Part shown: positions 1 through 11,771 of the stretch, piece by piece
Layout of the letters: every line of letters starts with the position of its first letter
Numbering within the stretch: the stretch's first letter is position 1
From: Octopus vulgaris
Lineage: Eukaryota
Assembly: GCA_951406725.2 (NCBI GenBank)
Contig: OX597829.1
Coordinates: forward strand, 51,522,001 to 51,586,000
Direction: 5' to 3'
Length of the DNA stretch: 64,000 bases
Translations under genes and position numbers: made by a program
Notes under the pieces: generated by a model
What the model was told of the DNA's origin: nothing
Database searches by the model: none
What the model saw: the letters and a program-made list of their open reading frames with translations, nothing else

Positions 1-1371
1 TGCTCTCCTTCTAGACAGAATGAAGCTTCTTACATCTCTCATGGTTTTTGATGAATTTTAGCATCCAGTCATTAGATGTTTCAAGACATTTGTCCAGCCC
101 AATTGTGGTGGTTTTGTGAGAGATTTCAAATTGGACCAAACATCGACCTCCATGGGCTCTGGGAAGATAAAGACAATCTGTGTCTGCTTTTGGGAAGTGT
201 AAGTCAACAACTGACAAATTTTCCTGTCAATTTTCTTTATTTTGTTGATATTCCAGTTCAACACATTGGAACTATAAATAACAACTGGAACTGCCAGGGA
301 ATTTATGGCTAGCACCTTGTTACGTGCATTTAGTTCAGATTTCAGGGCTGCTTGAACTCTCCTGTAACATTCCTTCTTGATCTTCTCTTTCATGCTTGCA
401 TGCTAAATGCCAGAACCTTCATTTATTCCTAGGTATTTGTAGGTTTGTTCCTGCTCAAGTTCTCTTATAATTGTATCAACATCTAACACCACTGAATGTC
501 AGGTCTTCAATTTCCCTTTCTGGAAAGTGGCCTTGGCACATTTATCAAGACTAAACTTCAACCTGATGTCATTACTGAATGCTTTCACAGTAAGTAATAG
601 GCCTTCAAGCTCATTATCGTCTTTGCCATAGATTTTTCAGTTATCCATATAAAATTTTCTTGCCAATTTTATACCCATACCCTGTTCTTTTAAATGCATT
701 CTAATGAGTATTAGGGCTATGCAAAAGCTTAGATGTGAAAGTGTGTCACCCTGGCAAAGGTTTCTGTTGATATTGATATTATTTTAAGTTAGTACTCCAT
801 TACATTTGAATAAATGGAGATTTGTATTCCACACTGACATGTTGTGCTTCAGGAAGTTTGAAATTACAGGAGAAATTTTGAAGATATCCAGCAATTCTAA
901 GGTCCATGAATATGGTATGCCGTCAAAGATTTTTTATAATCAATCCATGTGGAATTGAGATCTCTGCATTTGTTATGACAGTTCTCAAGGATCATGTGAT
1001 TGATATTAGGAGTTGATCTTTGCATCCATATGAGCCACATTGGCACATTTTTTGTTCAGTGGGGAAAATATTGTTCTGTTCTATAGATGCATGTTTTCTC
1101 CACAAGAACGGACGTTAAAATTTTTTATGTGATAGATAGTTTTGGGGAAATTTAGTTTCATTATTCTTTGGAAGTAGGTAAGTAATACCTATTTCTTTAC
1201 TACCCACAAGGGGCTAAACACAGAGGGGACAAACAAGGACAGACATAGGTATTAAGTCGATCACATCGACCCCAGTGCGTAACTGGTACTTAATTTATCA
1301 ACCACGAAAGGATGAAAGGCAAAGTCCACCTCGGAAGTAGGTAAGTAATACCACTTACTAACCAATCAAGT

Positions 1372-1372
<1 letters not shown>
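1..1372 (-). mobile_element. Degenerate non-LTR retrotransposon RT fragment, Dong/R4-clade-like
   Basis: Minus-strand peptides DWLVSGITYLLP, WIDYKK, QGDT, FYMD and KECYRRVQAALKSELNARNKVLAINSLAVPVVIYS, with frameshifts and stops. Confidence 0.8.
1190..1332 (-). mobile_element. 5'-truncated SINE family B inserted into the LINE, with a 20-bp direct repeat
   Basis: GGAAGTAGGTAAGTAATACC at 1170-1189 and 1333-1352. The body matches 19040-19175. Confidence 0.85.
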
Positions 1373-1572
<200 letters not shown>

Positions 1573-2059
1573 AAGTGATAGAGTAGTGCATGCATTCAAA
1601 ATGACACCGGGGTAAAATATACAAAGCCCAGGTGATCTCATATGAAGATAAACAGCACATGACCTTGCAGGTGGGGGCCCAGTTAGAATTTTCTTCAGGT
1701 CAAGTAGTCCATCCCATTCAATAAGGATGTTTAAAGTTCCTGAATAAGGATTGTTTAAGGATGTTGAATGAAACACCCATGTTTCCAGAGGTGAATTATT
1801 CAAACCCCAAAGAATTCCTCTCAACACATGGCTGTTATGCTCCCCCACTACTTCTGCTTGTGATCAGAGATCCACATAATGCCAGCCACTAAGGGACACG
1901 CTCAACTGGTTAAGGTGAAACAACTGACTAGCAAATCTGTGGTATTGAGCAGATTATTTGCTGTAGCCCATCTTTAATACCAATAGAAAACATGTACATG
2001 ATAACACTCCCAATCAGTTAAGATCAAAACCTATGAGTGCCACTGCCTGGTATTATTAT

Positions 2060-3000
2060 TTTTAATTCCATTACTATATACATGTCAACAGCTCTTTATA
2101 GTTGGGGTGGTACATGCTGCAATACTAAACTTCATTCCAATGTCTTTAGAGCACCAGTGAACAGTTCTGACCAGTGAATCACCTTGTGGTTCATTTTTGT
2201 CAAAGAGTTTCAACTCATCCATAAAATGTAGATGGTTGATCTTAGGTCCTCTGTTTTCAATCTGTTACCAGCAAAGTCATCACTATGGCGATCATAAAAG
2301 ATGCAATGGTGAGAATGAATTTCCTTGGAACATTCCTCTTTTTATTTCAACCACACCTAGTAGTTTATTTCCTACATACAGATTTGTTTTCTACAAAGAC
2401 ATACTAGATTCCATTACTTTAACAACACAACCTGCTATTCCAAACATTTCAGTACCCATTAATATGGGAGCATGTCAAAGGATTCCTGCGCAAGCCATAC
2501 ATAAATTTAGATGTCTTTGGCAATCTTTTTATGATTATCTTGTCAGTAGAAAGATGTAGCCCTTATTTTTCTACATCTCTTCTGCTCAAGTGTTAGCATC
2601 TCATTCTGAAGAAAGTGAACTTTTGCCGCAAAAGTACCCATCAACAGTCTACAAAGTAAATACAAGCACACAATCTTCCTGTAATTTTCAACTAATGGAC
2701 TCTTCATTTTATTCTTCATTATCAAATTTGTCTTCCCTTCAACCATCCAGCTTAGAACTTCTCCTTGTACTACACAATCATTTCGGTGCTTCCTTAGTCT
2801 TGAATGAACACTTTTAAATCTTTTCAGCTAGAATCTTTGGATCCCATCTGGTCCAAGAAATTTCCAGTTTGGTATTTTCCTTTCTCTTGAAGGCCTTTCC
2901 TATCTCTGTTTTGGTGCATTAGATAACATATGTTTAACTTCATCTTTCTATCTTGAACCATTGTTATGCTCTTTTGTAACCCCTCCATCATAAATTTGAC
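2060..3000 (-). mobile_element. Second, highly decayed Dong/R4-like LINE RT fragment
   Basis: Minus-strand peptide LVRTVHWCSKDIGMKFS resembles R4-type VxxFSxDIGMxFG. The boundaries are vague. Confidence 0.5.
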
Positions 3001-3595
3001 TCAGTACCTTTTGTTCTCTCTAAACACTAAAGAAGCTCACCTAGGACAAGTGAAACAGCTTGTGAAGGTCAATGGTTGGGAGAGCACAAGTTGCCATCCC
3101 AACTAAAGCTTTGACAGCAACTACTTGAAAGATAGTGATGTATCATTGTGTGTTGGCTAAAACCCAATGTCTAGAAGCATTGATACATATCCAGGTGGAA
3201 CAAGACTTATGGGCAGATGTAGAACATGTCCCATAATACCTACCCAACTTATTCAGAGAGAAGGACCTATTGCATCAAGATAGAGGGAGTTCCACCTGGA
3301 CTGGACATCTGGTGATTGTTAGCTTGTGTCACTTTGGAAGGAAGATATTCTTTGAAGAGAAACGAACAGAGAGGGAGTTTTGGTTTGAGACTACTGAAGA
3401 GATTCTGTAGGAAGGTAGACAAATCATAAATCCCTTCAGGTAGAAAGCCCTACTTGATCTGTAGAAAAAGTGTCAGTAGAAACTCCATATGATGTACTTG
3501 GTATAAGCTATGGACACATAAGAGGTGCAGCAATATCAGATAAAGGTCAACAGGGATTATAGTTTTTGTGTGTGGCAGATGCACAGATACAATAA

Positions 3596-4945
3596 ACACC
3601 AAAAATGTACAGAAAATAGATTCCATCACCTGTCAGAGGGAAAAACTAGAAGTAGTCAACAGCTTCTATTATCTAGGTGACCAAGTCAGTAGTCAGGTGG
3701 ATGCTCTGAGAGCATAGCTGCTAGAAAAATAGGCTGGGCAAAGTTCAAAGAGCTCCCACCTCTGCTGGCAACAAAGGGCCTCTCACTCAGAGTAAAAGGC
3801 AAACTGTATGATGCCTTTGTACAAACAGCCATGCTACACAGCAGTTTAACATGGGCTGTGACTGCTGAGAACATGTGTAGGCTTGAAAAAAATGAAGCTA
3901 GTATGATCCTCTGGATGTGTAATGTCAGTATGCATACATGACAGAGTGTAAGTGCTCTAAGAGAAAAGTTGGACATAAGAAGCATCAGTTGTGGTGCACA
4001 AGAGAGGTAACTGTGCTAGTATGGTCACGTGATACTTATGGATGAGGACAGCTGTGTGAAAAAGTGTCACACTCTAACCTGGAGGGAACCCGTGGAAGAG
4101 GTAGACCCAGGAAGAAATGGGACGAGGTGGTGAAGCACGATCTTCAAATGTTGGGCGTCACAGAGGCAATAACAAGTGACAGAGACCTTTGGAGATATGC
4201 TGGGCTTGAGAAGATCTGTCAAACCAAGAGAGATCACAGTTGTGGCCTATGCCATGGTCACATGACTGGCCCATTAAAAGTACCCTTCAATCATTGGGCA
4301 ATATCCTGTGCTTGTGAAGATCTGTCGAATTGAGAGAAATTGTAGTTGTAGCTGATGCCAGTGTTGTCTGACTGGCAGCCATACTGGTGGTACATAAAAA
4401 GCACCATTCGAGCATTGAGCCTCGTGGAAGCAGTGATGTCAAGTGAAGTGAGATCATAGTTGTGGCCGATGCCAATGTTGCATAACTGTTCTGTTGAAAG
4501 CACCCTTCAGCCGTTGAGCAATATGCCATGCTTGTGAAGCCCTGTTGAAATTGCAGTCATGCCTGATGCCAGTGCTATCTGACTGGTGACACGTAAAAAG
4601 CACCATTTGAGCAGTAGGCGTCATGGAGGTAGTGACAGGTAACTAAGACCTTTGGCAATATACCATGCTTGTGTACACCTGTCAAGCCAAGTGAGACCAT
4701 AATCATGACCAACGCCAGTGTCAGGTCATTGGCACCAGTGCCAGTAGCACATAAAAAACACCCACTATACTCTGAAAGTAGTTGGCAATAGGAAGGGCAT
4801 CTAGCCGTAGAAACCTTGCCAAATTCAGATTGGAACCTGGCACAGTCCTCTGGCTCACCAGTTTTCTGTCAAACTGTCCAACTCCTGCAAGGATGGAAAG
4901 CAGACGTTAAATAATGATGATGACGACGATGACGATGATGATGAT
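3596..4945 (+). mobile_element. RTE-clade LINE 3' portion: decayed RT C-terminus, repeat-containing 3'UTR, (GAT)n tail
   Basis: Frameshifted EKLEVV..F.YLGDQVSS, GWAKFKEL.PLLATKGLSLRVKGKLYDA and GRGRPRKKWDEVVKHDL. Ends gacgttaaataatgatga. Confidence 0.85.
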
Positions 4946-5436
4946 ATATGGATAATTTGGCTGCTATTTCTAACATGTTGAATGACCATTTAGTGGCTGC
5001 TTCATCAGCTTCTCTGCTAATCATGTATTTATATTTAGTAACTTTCTTGTCCAACTCCTGCTGGCATGGAAGAAAACAGACATAAAAATTATGATGGTAG
5101 TGGTGTATATGGTGCTCATGGTGTCCGTGGTACTGGTGGCAGTATCATGGCAGTGATTATGGTGGTGGTGGTGGCCATAGTAATGGTTTATACAATTAAA
5201 TCCATATCATGGTTTTACCTGTTAATCTGAGTGGATCCTGTTGATTGCCAAATCCTCTCGGAATAATATGGGCCTGAATCCCAGCATGGAATGGCATAGC
5301 ATTATGGATTTAATGATATAGTTAGTAAATAGAAACATACTTTCATACATACACCTCCATACACATACATATCCTTCTCTTTCTATTTTTGTTGTGTACA
5401 CTTGTGTGTGTCTCTTTATTATATGTGTTTGCATGC

Positions 5437-5809
5437 AGAGAGAGAGAGAGAGGGAGAGAGAGAGAGAGAAAGAGAGAGAGAGGGAGAGAGAGAGGGAAAG
5501 AGAGAGAGAGAGTGAGTGAGTGAGAGAGAGTGTGAGAGAGAGAGAAAGAGAGAGACAGTGAGAGAGCGAAAGAGAGAGATAGAGAGAAAGAGAAAGAAAG
5601 AGAGAGAGAGAAAGAAAGAGAGAGAGAGAAAGAAAGAGAGAGTGTGTGAGAGAGAGAGTGTGAGAGAGAGAGAGTGAGAGAGCGAAAGAGAGAGATAGAG
5701 AGAAAGAAAGAGAGAGAGAGTGTGAGAGAGAGAGTGTGAGAGAGAGAGTGTGAGAGAGAGAATGAGAGAGAGAGAGAGGGAGAGAGAGAGAGAGAGTGAG
5801 TGAGTGAGA

Positions 5810-5865
<56 letters not shown>

Positions 5866-6060
5866 AAGAGAGAGAGAGAGTGTGTGAGAGAGAGAGAAAG
5901 AGAGAGACAGTGAGAGAGCGAAAGAGAGAGATAGAGAGAAAGAGAAAGAAAGAGAGAGAGAGAAAGAAAGAGAGAGAGTGTGTGAGAGAGAGAGTGTGAG
6001 AGAGAGAGAAAGAGAGAGACAGTGAGAGAGCGAAAGAGAGAGATAGAGAGAAAGAGAGAG

Positions 6061-6102
<42 letters not shown>

Positions 6103-6110
6103 GGAGAAAA
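5437..6110. repeat. Complex (GA)n polypurine tract with higher-order repeats
   Basis: Direct reading. The GAGCGAAAGAGAGAGATAGAGAG marker recurs four times. Confidence 0.95.
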
Positions 6111-6625
6111 GCAGACAGAACAATATGGACAAATGCTACCACTGACGTGCCTCTGCACCCTTTCCTCTTCATAACATTTTTTTACTGTGATCTGGTAGTC
6201 TTGGAGGAGGTGGCCATGGCAGTTGTCCCCAGCTAGCAATGTAAGCAAGAATGCTTATATGCACCAAAAGCTGTATGAGAGGTTCATTCATGGTAACCAT
6301 TGCTTCCATTCCATATTGCATCACAATATCCACTTTTAAGTGGTGATAAATATTATCTTTTGATATTAATACTGCTTCTGTTGTTAATGATTATTTTTTG
6401 ATAAGCCTACTAGCTATTTGTGACACCGGTACCTGAGATTCTATATATAGATACTGAAATTCTATATATGTCATTTGTGGACATATCATTGTTGTTTCCA
6501 GCGGTCAAGCACCTACCACTGACAAAGCCAAGGAATACCTAAATCACATGATCTGGTAGTCTTGGTGGTGGCAGTGGCAGTTGAGGTGTCTTTCTGCTAG
6601 CGATGTAAACAAGAGTGCTTATATA

Positions 6626-6843
6626 AAGGGAAAGTTTACGAAAATAAACAAAAGACGAAGGCAGGTGGAGTACAAACAAACAAATGTATTAGTATAGCGC
6701 TCAGGAATAGAAAAAGTCTTTTACGTTTCGAGCCTACGCTCTTCGACAGAAAGATACACAGAAAAAAACAAGGAGAGAAAAAAAAAGGAGAGAAAAAATG
6801 CATGTAGGAGCTAACGATCTATCATGGCGTCCTGACTTCAGAC
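6626..6843 (-). mobile_element. Short non-autonomous element (Penelope-like/retrozyme-like) with 12-bp TSD and a hammerhead-like motif
   Basis: TSD AGTGCTTATATA at 6614-6625 and 6844-6855. Near-identical inverted copy at 8884-9068. Confidence 0.75.
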
Positions 6844-7137
6844 AGTGCTTATATACACTGAAAGCCAATACAAGAGGTTCTCTCATGGCAACTATCACAG
6901 TATCCTATGTTCTAACACAACATCCACCTTTTAATGGTATTAATACTGATTCTGTCACTATGAATTAATTTTTACTATTCCGTCTTTTAACCTGTGTATT
7001 ATACACATGTACTATGCCTTTGTCATTGTTGTCTTCTTTTATTCGACTTGTGGCTGCTTTCTTCCTTCCCTCTTTCACCATTTTCCAAAGTGTTGTAGTG
7101 CATCTGAGCACTGTATATAAAGAAAGCTTGTTATTAA

Positions 7138-7370
7138 GTGACGAGCTGGCAGAACCATTAGCATATATTGAGTGACATGCTTAGCAGCATTATTTCTTTT
7201 GGCTCTTTATTTTCTAAGTTCAAATGCTGCTGAGGTCAACTTTGTGTTTTTATCCTTATGGGGTCGATAACATAAAATGCCAGTCAAGTATTGCCAGTGG
7301 GGAGAAGGGGTGTCAATGTAATCGACTTCCCTTCTCCCTCAAAATACTGCTGACCTTATGCCAAAATTAG
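7138..7370 (+). mobile_element. SINE family B (tRNA-like head plus Deu/Nin-like core), diverged copy
   Basis: gagctggcagaa...gttcaaat...ggggtcgataa. Similar to 18951-19177. Confidence 0.7.
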
Positions 7371-7509
7371 AAAAAAATCATCATGATAATGACGATGACT
7401 AGTTAGATAGATGGATAGATACGCAATAATATTCTTTCAGTTTCTGTCCACCATATCCACTCACCAGGTTTTGGTTGGCTCTGGGCTATATATATACATA
7501 ATTCAGTTA

Positions 7510-8543
7510 GAGAAGATTATGTTAACCTCATGAAGGGATGGTGTCATCCCAGGAAATACTGGTTCAATACCAAATATTTTGGGGGCAATAGATTTCCTTA
7601 AAATAATAGGTTTGCATATAATCCGTAGTTTATATTCATGCAAAGGGGAAAAAAAGAAGAAAACGGAAATTTTGAAGTTAATAAGAGTTTATTATCAGCA
7701 ACAAATTGATTATTATCCCTTACATCTATTTAAATTATACTCAGTGAAATTAATTAAGTATTAAATTTATATTTCAGAGCATAATCACTTTAGATGGAAA
7801 AGTGGCTGTGTGGTAAGTAGCTTGTTCCGGGTTCATTCCCACTGCATGGCACCTTGGGCAAGTGTCTTCTGCTATAGCCTCGGGCCGACCAAAGCCTTGT
7901 GAGTGGATTTGGTAGACGGAAACTGAAAGAAGCCCGTCGTATATATGTATATATATATATATGTGTGTGTGTGTTTGTGTGTCTGTGATTGTCTCCCTAG
8001 CATTGCTTGACGACTGATGCTGGTGTGTTTATGTCCCCGTTTCTTAGCGGTTCGGCAAAAGAGACCGATAGAATAAGTACTGGGCTTACAAAAGAATAAG
8101 TCCCGGGGTCGAGTTGCTCGATTTAAGGCGGTGCTCCAGCATGGCCGCAGTCAAATGACTGAAACAAGTAAAAGAGTAAAAGAGATATCCTTAGATGTTA
8201 TGTATTTGTTACTAGATTCATTGTAGCAGACTGAATGATACTGTTTATGGTTTGTATTTATATGTGTTTGGGTGAGGGGTTTGCAGGTTGGTTGGAGGGA
8301 AGATAGAGTAGGTAAATTAGAGTAATAAATTAGAGTAATAAAGGAATGAATAAATAGAGATTATAGAGTAAATTATAATATAAATAAAGTACAATATAAT
8401 CTCTGAAGAGATTATGATCAGAAATATGAATTTAATACTTAATCAATTTCACTGTGTATAACTGAAACAGCTGTAAGGGATAATGATCGATTTGTTGCTA
8501 ATAAACTCTTATTAACTTCAAAATCTTGATTTTCTTCTTTTTC

Positions 8544-8596
<53 letters not shown>

Positions 8597-8700
8597 TGTG
8601 TGCGTGCGTGCGTGCATGCGTGAGTGCATGCATGAATGGATGGACGGATGGATATTGTTCCATGATGATAAGATCAACAAAAAAAGTACTCCATCTGGTG
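7510..8700. mobile_element. Old fold-back/TIR element with long diverged inverted arms (about 7650-7790 vs 8400-8545), interrupted by a SINE
   Basis: ttttgaagttaataagagtttatta at about 7670 is reverse-complemented at about 8500 (taataaactcttattaacttcaaaa), and the similarity extends on both sides. Confidence 0.55.
7801..8184 (+). mobile_element. tRNA-derived SINE family A (internal TA/TG microsatellite, AAAGAGT tail)
   Basis: A-box-like tggctgtgtgg, B-box-like ggttca(g/t)tccc, ccttgggcaagtgtctt core. Many copies in the window. Reminiscent of octopus OK/OR-type SINEs (unverified). Confidence 0.9.
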
Positions 8701-8883
8701 AGAGATGAATACAATGTTTTTATGGGCTACTATTAGTTTCATGTGATGAGAGCATCACAGTGCCTGAAGATTGAACTGAGACACCAGATGTGTTAAAAAA
8801 TACTGTCTGGTATGCTCTCATCGAATGAAACAAAAAATAGCACATAAAAACATGTATTGAGTTTATTAAATTATATATATATA

Positions 8884-9065
8884 ATGATAGATCGTTAGCC
8901 ACTACACACATTTTTTTTCTCTCCTTGTTTTTTCTGTGTACCTTTCTGTCGAAGAGCGTAGGCTCGAAACGTAAAAGACTTTTTCTATTCCTGAGCGTTA
9001 TACTAATACATCTGTTTGTTTTGTACACCACCTGTCTTCGTCTTTTGTTTATTTTCGTAAACTTT

Positions 9066-9068
<3 letters not shown>
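8884..9068 (+). mobile_element. Second copy of the 6626-6843 element, inside (TA)n
   Basis: Reverse-complement match to 6627-6826. Flanked by TA repeats on both sides. Confidence 0.8.
8942..8977 (+). ncRNA. Minimal type-I hammerhead-like motif, core CUGUCGA (second copy at 6717-6754, minus)
   Basis: cttt-CTGTCGA-a-GAGC-gtag-GCTC-GAAAC-GTA-aaag. Confidence 0.5.
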
Positions 9069-9099
<31 letters not shown>

Positions 9100-9270
9100 G
9101 GAGACATTTTCCCAAGGTTCCGCAAAATGGGACTGAACACAAGGCCACATGCTTGAGAAGCAAGCTGTTTAACCCCACAGCTATGCCTATGGTGAAATAG
9201 GGAGAATTATTTCCGCTTTGATCAGTTCTATATAAAAGAAAATCACAATTCATAATGAACTACATTTTCT

Positions 9271-9660
9271 ATACTTGTTTCAGTCATTTGACTGCGGCCA
9301 TGCTGGAGCACCGCCTTTAGTCGAGCAAATCGACCCCGGGACTTATTATTTGTAAGCCCAGTACTTATTCTATCGGTCTCTTTTGCCGAACCGCTAAGTG
9401 ACGGGGACGTAAACACACCAGCATCGGTTGTCAAGCAATGCTAGGGGGACAAACACAGACACACAAATACACACACACACTTATATATATATATACATAT
9501 ATACGACAGGCTTCTTTCAGTTTCCATCTACCAAATCCACTCACAAGGCATTGGTCGGCCCGGGGCTATAGTAGAAGACACTTGCCCAAGATGTCACGCA
9601 GTGGGACTGAATCCGGAACCATGTGGTTGGTTAGCAAGCTACTTACCACACAGCCACTCC
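9271..9660 (-). mobile_element. SINE family A, near full length, young
   Basis: Reverse complement is nearly identical to 61493-61890. Confidence 0.92.
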
Positions 9661-9676
9661 TAAACATTAAGTTTAA

Positions 9677-9897
9677 CCCTTTAGTGTTTAAACCGGCCAT
9701 ATCTGGCCAGAATATTATTCTTGTCTTATGTTCAAACTCATGAGATTCTGCCTCTCACACCTACCCTACAATGTCATTCTAAAGATAAATAATCACATCA
9801 TCAAAATCTTGAATCTATGAGACAAGGCACAATTAATTCCAAAACAATGTGAATAAATAAGTATTACATTTGACAGAGTAATCTAAACTCTAAAGGG
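9677..9897. mobile_element. piggyBac-like MITE
   Basis: TTAA|CCCTTTAG...CTAAAGGG termini. Related copies at 53590-53810, about 37345-37570 and about 37585-37797. Confidence 0.65.
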
Positions 9898-10759
9898 TGA
9901 AAAAGAAAAACCCTGACCAACAGACTACAACAAATGATAATAAAACAAACAACAATAACCTTTCGTTTAATGAACTTGTTTTCTTAAACGCTCACAAGTT
10001 TTTTGTCATTAATCATACATAAAAATCCAGTAAGTAGAATGCTTGGGCTATAAAACAGCAGATTTAGTGCCATTGATAAAAGAAAAGAAAAGAAATCAAC
10101 TTTGTGTATGATTGGAGATCTGGGATGGGATGAGAAAGAGAGAGGATGTAATCGTAAGTGACTTTTATAAGAAGTTTTCGTGAAGACTTACAATGTGAAT
10201 GACTTGAATTACTAACAGCTTTAAGAGGCCACCTTTCAACCAGCAAAAACTCTTATCTTTGCCACTTTAGATTTATAGATAAATATATAAATAAATATAG
10301 TGGATGTCAGCACGGACTTAATAGGCTTAAAACTATTCAACAATAATAACAACAAAAAAGTTTTAAAAAACCCAAATAAATTATAACTATTGGGAGTTAT
10401 ACTTTGATATACCATGTAACTGTTTTGGTTTAGGAAGAGCTGTGTGCCATTAATTAGTCTAATATTTCTCATAATGAGAGGTAAGGAGGACGTAATGTTC
10501 TGTGAATTGCCATGTGCAATTTTTTTTATTTGTTTTAGTCAAAAGACCGCAGCTGTTCTGGAGAGATGTACTGCCTTGAGGGATGTTTTAGTCAAAGAGA
10601 TCAACTCCAGGGCTAATTATTTGGACAAGTAGGGTATCTGTTCTATCAGCCTCTTTAGCTAAACCACTGGGTTTCGCTAATGTTAAACAAACCAACATCA
10701 TTTGTCAAGTAGTGGCGGTGGGCAAACACAGATACAAAGACACATACGCGCGCGCGCAC

Positions 10760-10794
<35 letters not shown>

Positions 10795-10909
10795 ACAGAA
10801 CAACACACACAACATAGGTGTGTGCGTATCTCTCTCTCTCTCTCTCTCTCACTATGCACACCAACAAACAAACAAAAAGAACGCAGCTCAGATAACTGAC
10901 AGAGTCAAC

Positions 10910-10952
10910 GATTTTTGAAAAGGTTGCAAGACGCAACGAAAAATTTTACAAA
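10910..10952 (+). ncRNA. Hammerhead-like motif with U3:A8 core (stem I degenerate)
   Basis: TTGAAAA-g-GTTGC-aagac-GCAAC-GAA-AAATTT-T. Confidence 0.4.
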
Positions 10953-11014
10953 AAATGAGTGGAAATCGGTGAGTGTGTAGTTTATAAGACACTAAAAGAG
11001 AATGACTCTCCCCA

Positions 11015-11097
<83 letters not shown>

Positions 11098-11098
<1 letters not shown>

Positions 11099-11286
11099 CG
11101 GAGATGTACTTGCATAGCAAGTGACCTGATCTGAGATCGTGTGCTGCGTGGAAGGTGTTTATAAGCCATTTAAAGATGCACACAAAAACCGTTAGAGTCA
11201 TTTCAACATTTAAATTTAATTTGCCAAAATATTTTCGTCGCTTTGAGACCACGACCTGTTCACTGACAAATTTCCGTGCTGCCACT
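11098..11286 (-). mobile_element. Short element inserted in (TA)n, carrying the G3:C8 hammerhead-like motif
   Basis: About 190 bp of complex sequence flanked by (TA)n on both sides. Confidence 0.55.
11218..11272 (-). ncRNA. Minimal type-I hammerhead-like motif with G3:C8 core
   Basis: aatttgtca-GTGAACA-g-gtcgt-ggtctcaaa-gcgac-GAA-AATATT-T-tggcaaatt: 9-bp stem I, 5-bp stem II, palindromic stem III. Confidence 0.6.
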
Positions 11287-11609
11287 TTATATATATATAT
11301 ATATATTATATATATATATATATAATTTTATTTATTTATTTGTGAATTAGAGCAACCATTGGTTTCATGTTAAGAAGAGTAAAAATATACAAGGCTTTTC
11401 TCCAGTTCCAAATGTGAATTCGTCTGTGTTAACTACAACCCAAAGTTGGAGCCTTGTATCTTAGTTGGAAACTGGCTCCCTCCTCAGTGGAAGATTTATA
11501 ATAATTAAAAAATAGATGAGACAAACGTATCATTTAAATATATATGAGCATGTCTAGATATGCAACTATATGCATTAGAATGCACACATAAAACAAATCA
11601 TACAAATCT

Positions 11610-11676
11610 GCACATATACATACATACATGCATACATACATACATACATACATAATACATACATACATACATACAT

Positions 11677-11709
<33 letters not shown>

Positions 11710-11771
11710 TACATACACACACACACATACATACATACATTCATACATACATACATTCATACATACATACA
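11610..11771. repeat. (CATA)n/(CA)n microsatellite
   Basis: Direct reading. Confidence 0.95.

Noticed and set aside
5222-6248. Long ORFs (316, 301 and 237 aa) rich in SLSL
   Set aside because: These are translations of the (GA)n/(TC)n tract, not genes.
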